From IMG/VR virus record IMGVR_UViG_3300024505_000605: a stretch of 64,000 bases of DNA. One strand, written 5' to 3'. The stretch is from an uncultured virus (IMG/VR IMGVR_UViG_3300024505_000605) (Duplodnaviria > Heunggongvirae > Uroviricota > Caudoviricetes). Shown here piece by piece: positions 25,110 to 34,053 of this stretch; the first letter of the stretch is position 1, and every line of letters starts with the position of its first letter. The notes below the pieces were generated by a model. The model was not told the origin of the DNA. It did not search any database and saw only the letters and a program-made list of their open reading frames with translations. Position numbers and translations under genes: made by a program.

Positions 25110-25463
25110 ATGGCTACCGGAACTGGCACCATTTACGACGGCGAACTAACCATCTACGACGCTGGCACGCGAACAAGTGCCGGATTCTTCACTGCTATCG
25201 ACGCAACAGCCAATTACTGGTCATTTCAAATAACTGTAACCAATCACACCAGCGGCAACATCAACTTCGACTTTGATGGTAGCCTTGATGGCACAAATTG
25301 GGGACACATTACAGTTACCACTAAACATGCTGGCAACTTAGTAATTAACGAAAATACAACTGTCATGTATTTCGCAACAAGTAGTCCTTGCCGCTATGTT
25401 CGTGCCCACGTTGTTTCTATGCCAGATGGCCCAACTATTGCCTGTAAGGTAGGGGCAATCTAA
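25110..25463 (+). CDS. Hypothetical beta-rich protein
   Basis: ORF with lower GC than neighbours; GSLDGTNW. Confidence 0.65.
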   Translation: MATGTGTIYDGELTIYDAGTRTSAGFFTAIDATANYWSFQITVTNHTSGNINFDFDGSLDGTNWGHITVTTKHAGNLVINENTTVMYFATSSPCRYVRAHVVSMPDGPTIACKVGAI

Positions 25464-25660
25464 TGGCTATCCAGACAATAAATGGTGGTTGCGTTCACAT
25501 CGAAATCGACGCCGAGGACGGTTTAACGCACGCCACCTTCGTATTTAAGACCCCACAAAACCCTGAGATTATCGGCGGCTTTGTAACTATGTTGACCCAA
25601 GGTATCGAAGTGCTGGTACCTATCACCGACCCCGACGACGAGGAGGAAGACGATGATTGA
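25463..25660 (+). CDS. Hypothetical protein with acidic tail
   Basis: Coupled ORF. Confidence 0.6.
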   Translation: MAIQTINGGCVHIEIDAEDGLTHATFVFKTPQNPEIIGGFVTMLTQGIEVLVPITDPDDEEEDDD

Positions 25661-25925
25661 GTACCGTGGCGAGCGTTTCGAGGGCTATAACAAACCAAAA
25701 CGCACCCCAAATCACCCCACTAAATCACACGCAGTCCTCGCAAAAGAAGGCACCGAAGTAAAACTAATCCGCTTCGGCCAACAGGGCGTATCTGGTTCAC
25801 CAAAGAAAGCTGGTGAAAGCGACGCCGACCGCAAACGGCGCGAAGCATTTAAAGCACGCCATGCGGCTAACATTAAAAAAGGAAAGATGTCGGCTGCCTA
25901 CTGGGCCAACCGCGAAAAATGGTGA
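25653..25925 (+). CDS. Basic phage protein
   Basis: KLIRFGQQG...FKARH...SAAYWA. Confidence 0.75.
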   Translation: MIEYRGERFEGYNKPKRTPNHPTKSHAVLAKEGTEVKLIRFGQQGVSGSPKKAGESDADRKRREAFKARHAANIKKGKMSAAYWANREKW

Positions 25926-25929
25926 CTAA

Positions 25930-27489
25930 ATGACCTACGCAGTCCCGGGCCGCTACCCAACCAACATCGTCTCCACCACCTACCAGGGTGGAACGGACAG
26001 CCCGTTCAACCGCACGGCAGCGGTCCTGAACATGATGAAGGGCTGGGAGATTATGAAAGCGGTCAGCCGCGGCACGGAATATCTGCGTGAAAACAGCGAA
26101 GCCTTCCTCCCCTTGGAACCCCGCGAGGATTACACGGCATACCTAAGCCGCGTCAACCGCGCCGTCTTTTCTCCCTACACGCAGCGCTTGGTCCGCGCCG
26201 CTGCCGGACTGATCATGCGCAAGCCGATTGCGCTTGAGGGCGACCCGTACTGGCGCGAAGTCTTCGCCCGCGACGTTGACGGCTGCGGCTCTGATCTAGA
26301 CGAATTTGCCCGCCGGCTGGTGATTTGCAGCCTGACTTACGGGCACGCGAATGTACTAATCGACTTCCCGGCCCCCACCGAAATCCGCAGCCTCGCGGAA
26401 GAACGCGCCCTAGGCCGCCGCCCCTACTGGGTCGAAGTCGACCCTTACGACGTCTACGGCTGGCGCCTAGACCGCGAAGCCGCATACGGCACCTTGACCC
26501 AGGTGCGTATCCACGAGCAAGCGATTGTCCCGGACGGCAAATTCGGCGAAAAGGTTTACGACCAAATCCGCGTTATCTACCCGGGCCGCTATGAAATCTA
26601 CCGCCAACGCAACGAACAAAAGCCACTGGGCCACGGCTTCGCTGAACCCCTTAACAACAGCACCGACTACGAACTCATCGACTCGGGCACCTACAGCCTC
26701 AACCAAATCCCGCTGGTTACTACTTACAGCAACAAAGTCGACACCCTCGTCAGCCGCCCCCCACTCCTGGACGTCGCCTACCTAAACCTGGCGCACTTCC
26801 AACGCCAAGCGGACCTCATCCACAGCCTCCACATCGCATCCCAGCCGATGCTTGTCCTTGAGGGCTGGGACGACCAGACCAAGGACATGGCGGTAAGCGT
26901 GAACTACGCGATGGCCACCGCCCCAGGCAACAAGGTCTACTACGTGGAGCCTGCGGCTAGTGCATTTGAAGCACAGAGCAACGAAATCCGCGAACTACAG
27001 CAGCAAATGGCAACGCTCGGCATTAGCACGCTGAGCCAGCAGAAGTTCGTGGCGGAATCTGCCGACGCCCGCCGCCTGGACCGCGTCGACACCAACTCAA
27101 TGCTGGCTGCCGTCAGCCTCGACCTGGAACAAACCCTCCAAAAAGCGTTCGACTACGCCGCGGCCTACCTCGGCCTGGAACCGCCTGAGGTGAGCATCAG
27201 CCGCGACTTCGACATTGACCGCCTGATCGGCCAAGACGTCACGGCAATCACGGCCCTCTTCGACAAGGGCGTCATCACGCTGGAAGAGGTCCGCGCCATT
27301 TTGACCCAAGGCGAAATCCTCCCCTCGATGGAACTTGGCGCCCTTCCCGAGGAGGAGCCCGGCGAAATGGAATCCCAGGATGACGAACCCGAAGGTGAAG
27401 AATCCCCCGGCGAAATGCAGGACGAGAACGAATCCGATCTCACCCCAGACCGGATGGAACAACTGATGCAAGCACTGCTGGGGCAGTAA
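25930..27489 (+). CDS. Portal protein (DUF4055-like, unit 1)
   Basis: LPLEPRE..Y..R, DVDGCG, RPYW, SRPPLLD..LNL.H; position; homolog at 62201. Confidence 0.88.
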   Translation: MTYAVPGRYPTNIVSTTYQGGTDSPFNRTAAVLNMMKGWEIMKAVSRGTEYLRENSEAFLPLEPREDYTAYLSRVNRAVFSPYTQRLVRAAAGLIMRKPIALEGDPYWREVFARDVDGCGSDLDEFARRLVICSLTYGHANVLIDFPAPTEIRSLAEERALGRRPYWVEVDPYDVYGWRLDREAAYGTLTQVRIHEQAIVPDGKFGEKVYDQIRVIYPGRYEIYRQRNEQKPLGHGFAEPLNNSTDYELIDSGTYSLNQIPLVTTYSNKVDTLVSRPPLLDVAYLNLAHFQRQADLIHSLHIASQPMLVLEGWDDQTKDMAVSVNYAMATAPGNKVYYVEPAASAFEAQSNEIRELQQQMATLGISTLSQQKFVAESADARRLDRVDTNSMLAAVSLDLEQTLQKAFDYAAAYLGLEPPEVSISRDFDIDRLIGQDVTAITALFDKGVITLEEVRAILTQGEILPSMELGALPEEEPGEMESQDDEPEGEESPGEMQDENESDLTPDRMEQLMQALLGQ

Positions 27490-27493
27490 GTCG

Positions 27494-28213
27494 ATGCCAA
27501 CTGCAGCCGACTACCTCACGCTGGCGCAGGTAGCGACACTGCTGCGCTTGGCCAAACGCCTTGAGGCCATCGAGTCCCAAGGCCCACCAGCACCCGGCGA
27601 GCCAGGCCCTGCTGGAGCGGACGGCCTACAAGGCCCCAAAGGCGACCCCGGCCCCCGCGGTCCCACTGGAGCGCAAGGCCCGCAAGGCCCACAGGGCGAC
27701 GTCGGCCCCCGCGGTGAACGTGGAGAGAAAGGCGACCGCGGCGAAATCGGCCCTAAGGGTGAACGCGGCGAGATCGGCCCCGCCGGCCCTCAAGGCCCAA
27801 AAGGCGACAAAGGCGACGCTGGCGCACCCGGCCCCGAAGGCCGCCCTGGCATCAACGGCCTAAACGGCCCCACTGGAGCAAGCGCCTACGAACTTGCGGT
27901 TTCCGACGGCTTCGACGGCACCGAATCTGAATGGCTGGAAAGCCTGGTCGGCCCACCGGGCAAAAAGGGTAAGGACGGCGCAGACGGCTTGAACGGCCGC
28001 CCCGGAATCGGCATTGCCAGCGGCGGCACCACTGGCCAAGCGCTCGTCAAAACCACCGACACCAGCTACGACACCGGCTGGGCCAACGTCCTGACCTCCA
28101 ACACCACCGGCATCACTGGAGCAACAGCAATCACAAACATCATCAAGATCAGCCAAGCCGACTACGACGCCCTACCAACCAAAAGCGCTACGACGCTGTA
28201 CGTCATCGTCTAA
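27494..28213 (+). CDS. Collagen-like fibre protein
   Basis: Long G-X-Y run; SAYELAV..GF.GTE.EWL. Confidence 0.85.
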   Translation: MPTAADYLTLAQVATLLRLAKRLEAIESQGPPAPGEPGPAGADGLQGPKGDPGPRGPTGAQGPQGPQGDVGPRGERGEKGDRGEIGPKGERGEIGPAGPQGPKGDKGDAGAPGPEGRPGINGLNGPTGASAYELAVSDGFDGTESEWLESLVGPPGKKGKDGADGLNGRPGIGIASGGTTGQALVKTTDTSYDTGWANVLTSNTTGITGATAITNIIKISQADYDALPTKSATTLYVIV

Positions 28214-28458
28214 TGGCCTTCCGGCTCGGCAACGAAGAAGTCCAATCCCTGTACTTAGGCAGTACCGAAGTCACTCAAATTTTCATCGACAGTACCGAAA
28301 TCCTGCCCGAAATAACTGATTACCACTTGCTACTAGAAGACGGTTTCTCGCTCTTAACAGAGGACGCATATCTATTGCTACTGGAGCGGGCAGTTCTGTT
28401 GCTTACAGAAACCTCCGAACCACTCCTTACTGAGGCCGGCGACTTTATAGCGACCTAA
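28213..28458 (+). CDS. Acidic LLxE-repeat protein
   Basis: LLLEDG..LLTED...LLTET..LLTEAG. Confidence 0.65.
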   Translation: MAFRLGNEEVQSLYLGSTEVTQIFIDSTEILPEITDYHLLLEDGFSLLTEDAYLLLLERAVLLLTETSEPLLTEAGDFIAT

Positions 28459-28502
28459 ACAGCCCGTACTCCTATACTACAAGAGTCACAAAACCCTTTG
28501 TC

Positions 28503-28679
28503 ATGGCCGAATCGCTAGACAAAGTTCTGCAGCCCGACGGCACCTACAAGTGGCAACTTGTGGAGTTGCGGGCCGAGAACTTGTACGAAAAGGACAAACC
28601 CGCTCCCGAACCCGAGCCCTTGGTGCGCAAGACCCGCCGCACCAAAACCGACGAAACCCCCACTGACACTGAATTCTGA
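28503..28679 (+). CDS. Hypothetical protein (58 aa)
   Basis: MAESLDKVLQPDGTYKW read by hand. Confidence 0.6.
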   Translation: MAESLDKVLQPDGTYKWQLVELRAENLYEKDKPAPEPEPLVRKTRRTKTDETPTDTEF

Positions 28680-28681
28680 GT

Positions 28682-29404
28682 ATGGACGAGCAAGTCATCC
28701 AGGAGACACCCGTGGTGACTCCTGACCAGCCCGTGGCTGGAGTCGACACCGCTCCCCCGATTGACACTTCTGCCTCGTTACGCAACGAGTACGAAGCGCA
28801 AATCAACGCTTTGAAGGCGCAAGCCACCGAAGCCGAGGAACGTTTCCAAGGCATCAAGGCCAAACTCGACGAGGTCTACAAACGCCAGGACGACCAGCGC
28901 AAGAAAACGCTGGAAGACCAAGGCCAATGGAAAGACCTCTGGGAAGAGGCCAACCGAACCGGCCAAGAAAAAGACCAAGAAATTGCCGACCTCAAGCGCC
29001 AACTTGAGGATCTCCGCCAAAGCAACGAGAACGCTGCAGTACGCACCAAGGCAATGGCTGCCATCAGCCAGGCTGGTGCAATCAACGCCGAGCAAATGCT
29101 CCAGCTACTTCAAAGTAGCCTCCGTAAAAACGAGTCCGGCAATGTCGTCATCCTCAATGGCGGCGTGGAGCAAGACCTGGCGACTTACATCGCCAACCTA
29201 AAAGCCCCTGGCTCGGGATACGAACATCACTTCAAACCCAGCTCTGCAGCTGGGATGGGAGCGAAACCGAATCCCACATCTGTTGTTTCTTCAGGTGTAT
29301 CAAACCCCTGGAAAGAAGGTTCAATCAACCTCACACAACAGATGCTAATTTCTAGTCAGGACCCTGACCTCGCAGCTGTGCTGAAGAGGGAAGCAGGACT
29401 CTAA
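28682..29404 (+). CDS. Capsid scaffolding protein
   Basis: Coiled coil, NPW..NLTQQ tail, precedes the capsid gene. Confidence 0.75.
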   Translation: MDEQVIQETPVVTPDQPVAGVDTAPPIDTSASLRNEYEAQINALKAQATEAEERFQGIKAKLDEVYKRQDDQRKKTLEDQGQWKDLWEEANRTGQEKDQEIADLKRQLEDLRQSNENAAVRTKAMAAISQAGAINAEQMLQLLQSSLRKNESGNVVILNGGVEQDLATYIANLKAPGSGYEHHFKPSSAAGMGAKPNPTSVVSSGVSNPWKEGSINLTQQMLISSQDPDLAAVLKREAGL

Positions 29405-29474
29405 TTTTTGCACCCGTGGTGCTTGCCAAGTCTGTGACTTGGACCCGCAAAACCCCATCCCCTGGTACTAAGAA

Positions 29475-30554
29475 ATGGCCGCACCATTTCAGAACTATTC
29501 CGGCGGCGTCCTTCTCGCGGACGTCGTCAAGCGCAATAACCTCAGCACCTATGTGTCTGAGGCAATCAAGGACCGCAGCCTGTTCCTAAAGAGCGGCGCT
29601 GTTGTTCGCAACCCTCTGCTGGATGCCCGCGAAGGCGGCACCCGCATCCAGGTTCCCGAGTTCAATCCCGTGGCTCCCACTGAGGAGATCATGGACGGCA
29701 CCGCGACCTGGGGCACCAGCACCGCCGGCTATCTGACTCCTCAGAAGATCGGCACCGCCACCCAGGTTGCCACCATCTGCCACCGCGGTTTCGCGTATGC
29801 AGTGGACGACGTCGCGATGCTTGCGGCCGGTGAAGACCCCATGCTTCACATCCGCAACCAGCTTGCCGACGCCATCAACAAACTGAACAGCCAGCGTCTG
29901 TTCAGCCAACTGGCTGGTCTGTTTGGTTCTGCCCTGTCGGCTAACAGCCTGGACCTCGGCGTGGCCGCCGCCTCTGGCGCTGGCGAAGCCAACTTCCTGA
30001 CTGGCGCCGCTGTGGCCCGCGCCCGCAACCTGCTGGGTGAGCGCGGCGACGAACTGGACACCCTGGTGGTGCACCCCACCGTGGGCTTCTACCTGTACCA
30101 GGTAGGCCTGCTGACCTTCTCCACCTCTGCCCTGGCCGCCTCCGGCGCCGTGGTGTGGGGCGCTGGCGGCGTGGGCATTGGTGCCCGTGCAATCGGCGAA
30201 TTCGCTGGCTGCCGCGTGATCATGGACCCCCTGGTCAACACCGTTGCCCCTGGCACGGCCGGCCACCAGCGCGAGTTCTACTGCTACCTCACCAAGTCGG
30301 GCACGATTCTGGAAGGCAACCAGCAGGACCTGCGCATCGAAGCCGACCGCAACATCCTGTCCAAGCAGGACGTGCTCTCGGTCGACTACCACTCTGCCTA
30401 CCACGTGATGGGCACCAAGTGGAACTCGGGCTCCGACAACCCGACCAACGGCGGCCTCGCCACCTCCGGCAACTGGCAAGCCACCTACGACATCGACCTG
30501 ATCCCCCTGGTTCAAGTCACAGTCAACAGCCCCCTCGACACCAGCACCATCTGA
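29475..30554 (+). CDS. Major capsid protein
   Basis: 359 aa, strong codon bias, position, followed by terminator. Confidence 0.88.
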   Translation: MAAPFQNYSGGVLLADVVKRNNLSTYVSEAIKDRSLFLKSGAVVRNPLLDAREGGTRIQVPEFNPVAPTEEIMDGTATWGTSTAGYLTPQKIGTATQVATICHRGFAYAVDDVAMLAAGEDPMLHIRNQLADAINKLNSQRLFSQLAGLFGSALSANSLDLGVAAASGAGEANFLTGAAVARARNLLGERGDELDTLVVHPTVGFYLYQVGLLTFSTSALAASGAVVWGAGGVGIGARAIGEFAGCRVIMDPLVNTVAPGTAGHQREFYCYLTKSGTILEGNQQDLRIEADRNILSKQDVLSVDYHSAYHVMGTKWNSGSDNPTNGGLATSGNWQATYDIDLIPLVQVTVNSPLDTSTI

Positions 30555-30575
30555 TAATCAGAGTGCGTGTACACC

Positions 30576-30601
30576 AGGCCCCACTTCGGTGGGGCTTTTT
30601 T
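30576..30601 (+). terminator. Intrinsic terminator
   Basis: ggccccac-ttcg-gtggggct-ttttt. Confidence 0.9.
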
Positions 30602-30639
30602 GTTGGCGCTACACTGAAACAAAGGTGGACTAAGTAGCT

Positions 30640-31170
30640 GTGCCCGCGACGATCAACGCCACTTTGAGTAGCGCGTCGGCCAACAGCTACGTAACGCTTG
30701 CCGACGCGGACGCATATTTCGAAACCGTCCCCAATTCAGCCACCTGGATCGACAAAACCACCGACCAGAAAAACCGCGCCCTGATCTCCGCAACGCGCTG
30801 GATCGACACGCTGAATTTCTACGGCGACCGCTGCGACGCCGGCCAAGCATTGAAATGGCCGCGCACCAACTACGACGTCGACAATATCTCGCTGAGCTGC
30901 AGCGTTATCCCGAACGACATTAAGTACGCAACGTATGAACTAGCCCGGGCTCTCGCCAACGACACCGACGCAATCACCAACACCGAAAGCGACCCCAACG
31001 AGCTGTACCAAGAGGTCACATTGGGCGATCTCAAAGTCCGCTACAAGGACGACAAGGTTGACAATCCCATCAACAACATCTTCGACGTCTACCCCTGGCT
31101 CCAGTCCTACCTTGGCGCCTACTGCGCAGGCGGCTCGGGCGGTTACCAACTGCGCGTCTTTAGGGGTTAA
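30640..31170 (+). CDS. Head-tail adaptor (DnaT-like family)
   Basis: ANSYVTLADADAYF...QALKWPR. Confidence 0.75.
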   Translation: MPATINATLSSASANSYVTLADADAYFETVPNSATWIDKTTDQKNRALISATRWIDTLNFYGDRCDAGQALKWPRTNYDVDNISLSCSVIPNDIKYATYELARALANDTDAITNTESDPNELYQEVTLGDLKVRYKDDKVDNPINNIFDVYPWLQSYLGAYCAGGSGGYQLRVFRG

Positions 31171-31172
31171 TT

Positions 31173-31550
31173 ATGAGCCTCGTCGACTCCACATTCGCCG
31201 CAATCCCTGCCCAGCTTTTAGCTGACTGGGGCCAAAACGTGACCTACCTCAAGGCCAACACCGCCCCGACCTATAACACCACAACGGGTGAAGTTTCTGG
31301 AGCCGACACCAGCCTTACGGTTCGCGCCCTAATTTTCCAAGCCCGCCCAGAAGAATTCGAATCGTTTTATCAGACCAATGACCTAAAGGTCATCATCGGC
31401 AACGCCGAACTTGGAGCGTATTCACCAAGCATCCGCGACCGCATCCAGTACAGCGAAAACAGCAAAACCCGCACGGGCCGCATCATCAGCTGCAAAACAT
31501 CCCGCGGCGAAAATCCAGTTGTCCACACGATCCTATTGAGGCCCCAATAA
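31173..31550 (+). CDS. Head closure protein
   Basis: Size and position. Confidence 0.55.
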   Translation: MSLVDSTFAAIPAQLLADWGQNVTYLKANTAPTYNTTTGEVSGADTSLTVRALIFQARPEEFESFYQTNDLKVIIGNAELGAYSPSIRDRIQYSENSKTRTGRIISCKTSRGENPVVHTILLRPQ

Positions 31551-32074
31551 TGGCCCGCAATGGACTCTGGAACTTAGCCAAAGAATTGGATCGCGTTGCT
31601 GCGACAACGGTTTATAACGGCCCGAAGCGTGCCGCCGAAAAAATTGTGCGTGATTTACAAGAACGTGGCCCCGCTTGGACGGGCCAATTCTCAAATTCTT
31701 GGCAAATCGCATCCCCTACAGGCATCAAAGGAGGCACTGGAGCAGCCGGCCGCCCTGTCCCAATCACTGTCCCAGTGCTTACTGGCCAACAAGTAACGCG
31801 ATCTTTACTGACAAAAAACAAAGTTGTATTCACCATCAGCAACTTTGCTTCCTATGCAGGAGTTGCCACTGACATGGAGCCTGGCACGTTCATCAATCCA
31901 GGAACAGATCCAATCAAACCTGTCGACAAAACCGGCAAACGTCAAAAAGGTATCCGTGGTCTACTGACCGGACAAGGCGGTAACCGCAGAACCGCCCCAT
32001 TGGACTGGTTCAGTATTTATCTGAAAGCCGGTGCTATTGATAAGGCAATCCAAGTTGCCATGCAGACACGATGA
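31550..32074 (+). CDS. Neck/tail completion protein
   Basis: GPAWTGQFSNSW, ISNFASYA. Confidence 0.6.
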   Translation: MARNGLWNLAKELDRVAATTVYNGPKRAAEKIVRDLQERGPAWTGQFSNSWQIASPTGIKGGTGAAGRPVPITVPVLTGQQVTRSLLTKNKVVFTISNFASYAGVATDMEPGTFINPGTDPIKPVDKTGKRQKGIRGLLTGQGGNRRTAPLDWFSIYLKAGAIDKAIQVAMQTR

Positions 32075-32538
32075 ACTACCAAGCCATCCGCGCCGTATTC
32101 GAGACTCCGCTTTTGACGGCGTATAACAGCCTGTCACCAGCAGTCCCGGTCTACTTTGACAACGTAATGAACGATGGTGCCGACAGCGCCGAAGAATTCG
32201 TCGACATCAATATCCAATTCGGCCTTACAACCGAAAGTACGCTGACGACAAGTTTGGACATGGTGCGCGGCGTGATTGTTATTCGCACGTACACCCCAAA
32301 AGGCCGTGGTCCTGCCCGCAACCAGACGCTAATCAACGTCGCCACCACCGCCCTTCAGACCATCAACGCCACACCAAAACCGGCGTCCGGCGTCTACGTC
32401 CGCACTGGATCCATCGACGGCCCGGCCTTCAGCCCTGACTTCGGTGGCACTACTCCAGATCAACAATCCCGTCGCGCATTTACACCCTTCTTTATTTCAC
32501 GAATCGAGGCAGGATTCCAAGCACAAGTTATCTCTTAA
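32071..32538 (+). CDS. Tail terminator-like protein
   Basis: Position; VYFDNV, YTPKGRG. Confidence 0.6.
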   Translation: MNYQAIRAVFETPLLTAYNSLSPAVPVYFDNVMNDGADSAEEFVDINIQFGLTTESTLTTSLDMVRGVIVIRTYTPKGRGPARNQTLINVATTALQTINATPKPASGVYVRTGSIDGPAFSPDFGGTTPDQQSRRAFTPFFISRIEAGFQAQVIS

Positions 32539-32615
32539 TCCCCAACTGCACTGGAGCTAACCTGTATTAAGCCGGGCTGTGCCCGCGTCACTGTCCCATC
32601 CATTCGGTACAACCA

Positions 32616-33362
32616 ATGGCCACCGTTCTCTCGGGCACTTCCGGCGCCCTGTATTACACCCCTGCCGGCACCTCCGTCACCACTCTGACTGCTGGCGCCT
32701 TCCCTTCTACTGGCGCCAACATCACCGTCGGCTCCTACTTGGGCTTCAAGGTCAATGACCCTGTGACCCTGACCTACCCCGTAGGCGCCACGACCACCAA
32801 CGCAATTCCCGCTGGTCCGTACTTCGTCAAGACGTACAACGCCGCAACCGGCATCATGACTCTTAGCGCCACCGCTGGCGGCGTGGCCGTTACCGCAACT
32901 GCAGCACCCAGCGGCTTTGGCGCAAACTTCGCCAGCATTGCGTACACCGCCCCCGCAGCTGTGGGCTCTGTGCGCGAGTGGAGCTTCGAAATCACACGAA
33001 GCGAAATTGACGTCACAACCATCGGTCAGGAAGCCGGTCAGTACGCCCCCTTCCGCAGCTATATCACTGGCTTCGCCGACGGCTCTGGTTCTGCCACGGT
33101 GTACACCACCGACGACGACACCAACCTGTCCAGCCGGATGATCGAGGACGTCATCCAGGCAACCCAGGCTGGCGCGACGATGAAGCTCTACATCGACCGC
33201 ATTGTTGCTTCTGGCTCGGTGAACGACACCACCAGCCGCAGCATCACGGTGCCTGTGATTCTGACCTCGGCCAGCCTGACCGTGAACCCGGACGACGGCC
33301 AGAGCGTGGAAATCGCCTTCCGCCCCAGCGCCGCCCCCACCTTCGACCTGTCGAAGTCCTGA
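32616..33362 (+). CDS. Major tail tube protein
   Basis: VREWSFEITRSEIDVTT...GSGSATVY; strong codon bias; followed by terminator. Confidence 0.8.
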   Translation: MATVLSGTSGALYYTPAGTSVTTLTAGAFPSTGANITVGSYLGFKVNDPVTLTYPVGATTTNAIPAGPYFVKTYNAATGIMTLSATAGGVAVTATAAPSGFGANFASIAYTAPAAVGSVREWSFEITRSEIDVTTIGQEAGQYAPFRSYITGFADGSGSATVYTTDDDTNLSSRMIEDVIQATQAGATMKLYIDRIVASGSVNDTTSRSITVPVILTSASLTVNPDDGQSVEIAFRPSAAPTFDLSKS

Positions 33363-33394
33363 TAGGCTGCTACTCAGCCAGTTCAGCACACCGC

Positions 33395-33423
33395 GCCCCA
33401 GCCCTCGCCGGCTGGGGCTTTTT
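33395..33423 (+). terminator. Intrinsic terminator
   Basis: gccccagcc-ctcgcc-ggctggggc-ttttt. Confidence 0.85.
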
Positions 33424-33468
33424 ATTTCTATTGCGCTACACTACTTCTGTCTTAAGTAGCAGTTTTTT

Positions 33469-33813
33469 ATGCCTGCCGCGCTTCGTGCAATCGACCGTCT
33501 CCGCAAGGCAGCAAACCTGGAGCCCACCAAAAAAGAAGTGGAACTCAGCGACGGCTCCACTTTCGAAATGTGGGTCACTCCTCTGACCATGGCTGAGCGC
33601 GAACGCGCCCAGAAGCAAGCCAAGTCCGAGGACGCCACCGCCTTCGCCCTCCAGCTGTTGCTGCAAAAAGCCTGCGACGAGACCGGAGCCAAGCTGTTCA
33701 GTGCCGCCGAAATCGACGTCCTCAAAAACGAAGTCAAGGATAAGGATCTCCAGGTATTGATGCTGGCCGTCTTGACCGATGATTCGGAGGAGTTGGACAC
33801 CAAAAGCGCTTGA
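33469..33813 (+). CDS. Tail assembly chaperone (G-like)
   Basis: Between tail tube and tape measure genes. Confidence 0.75.
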   Translation: MPAALRAIDRLRKAANLEPTKKEVELSDGSTFEMWVTPLTMAERERAQKQAKSEDATAFALQLLLQKACDETGAKLFSAAEIDVLKNEVKDKDLQVLMLAVLTDDSEELDTKSA

Positions 33814-34000
33814 AGAGGAGCTTAAAAAGGACGGTTACCTGCGCATCCAGTTTTTCGTTGCCGAAAAGCTCAGCCTAACGTTGAGCGACCTGCGCAACCG
33901 GATGACAGACACCGAACTCTTGGGCTGGTTCACCTACTTCAAGATCCAGTCGGACGAAGAGCAAGCTGCCTACGAAAAAGCCAAGCGCGGCCGCCGCTAA
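33779..34000 (+). CDS. Tail assembly chaperone T-like segment, probably a frameshift extension
   Basis: Overlaps the G ORF in the +1 frame. Confidence 0.65.
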   Translation: MIRRSWTPKALEEELKKDGYLRIQFFVAEKLSLTLSDLRNRMTDTELLGWFTYFKIQSDEEQAAYEKAKRGRR

Positions 34001-34053
34001 CCCGGCGGCTTTCTAACGGGATAGACTGCTAAACAGAAGTCCGTCCGGCCAGC

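Noticed and set aside
29586..30515. Long antisense ORFs here and at 16682, 8373 and 32535
   Set aside because: Shadows of strongly codon-biased genes on the other strand
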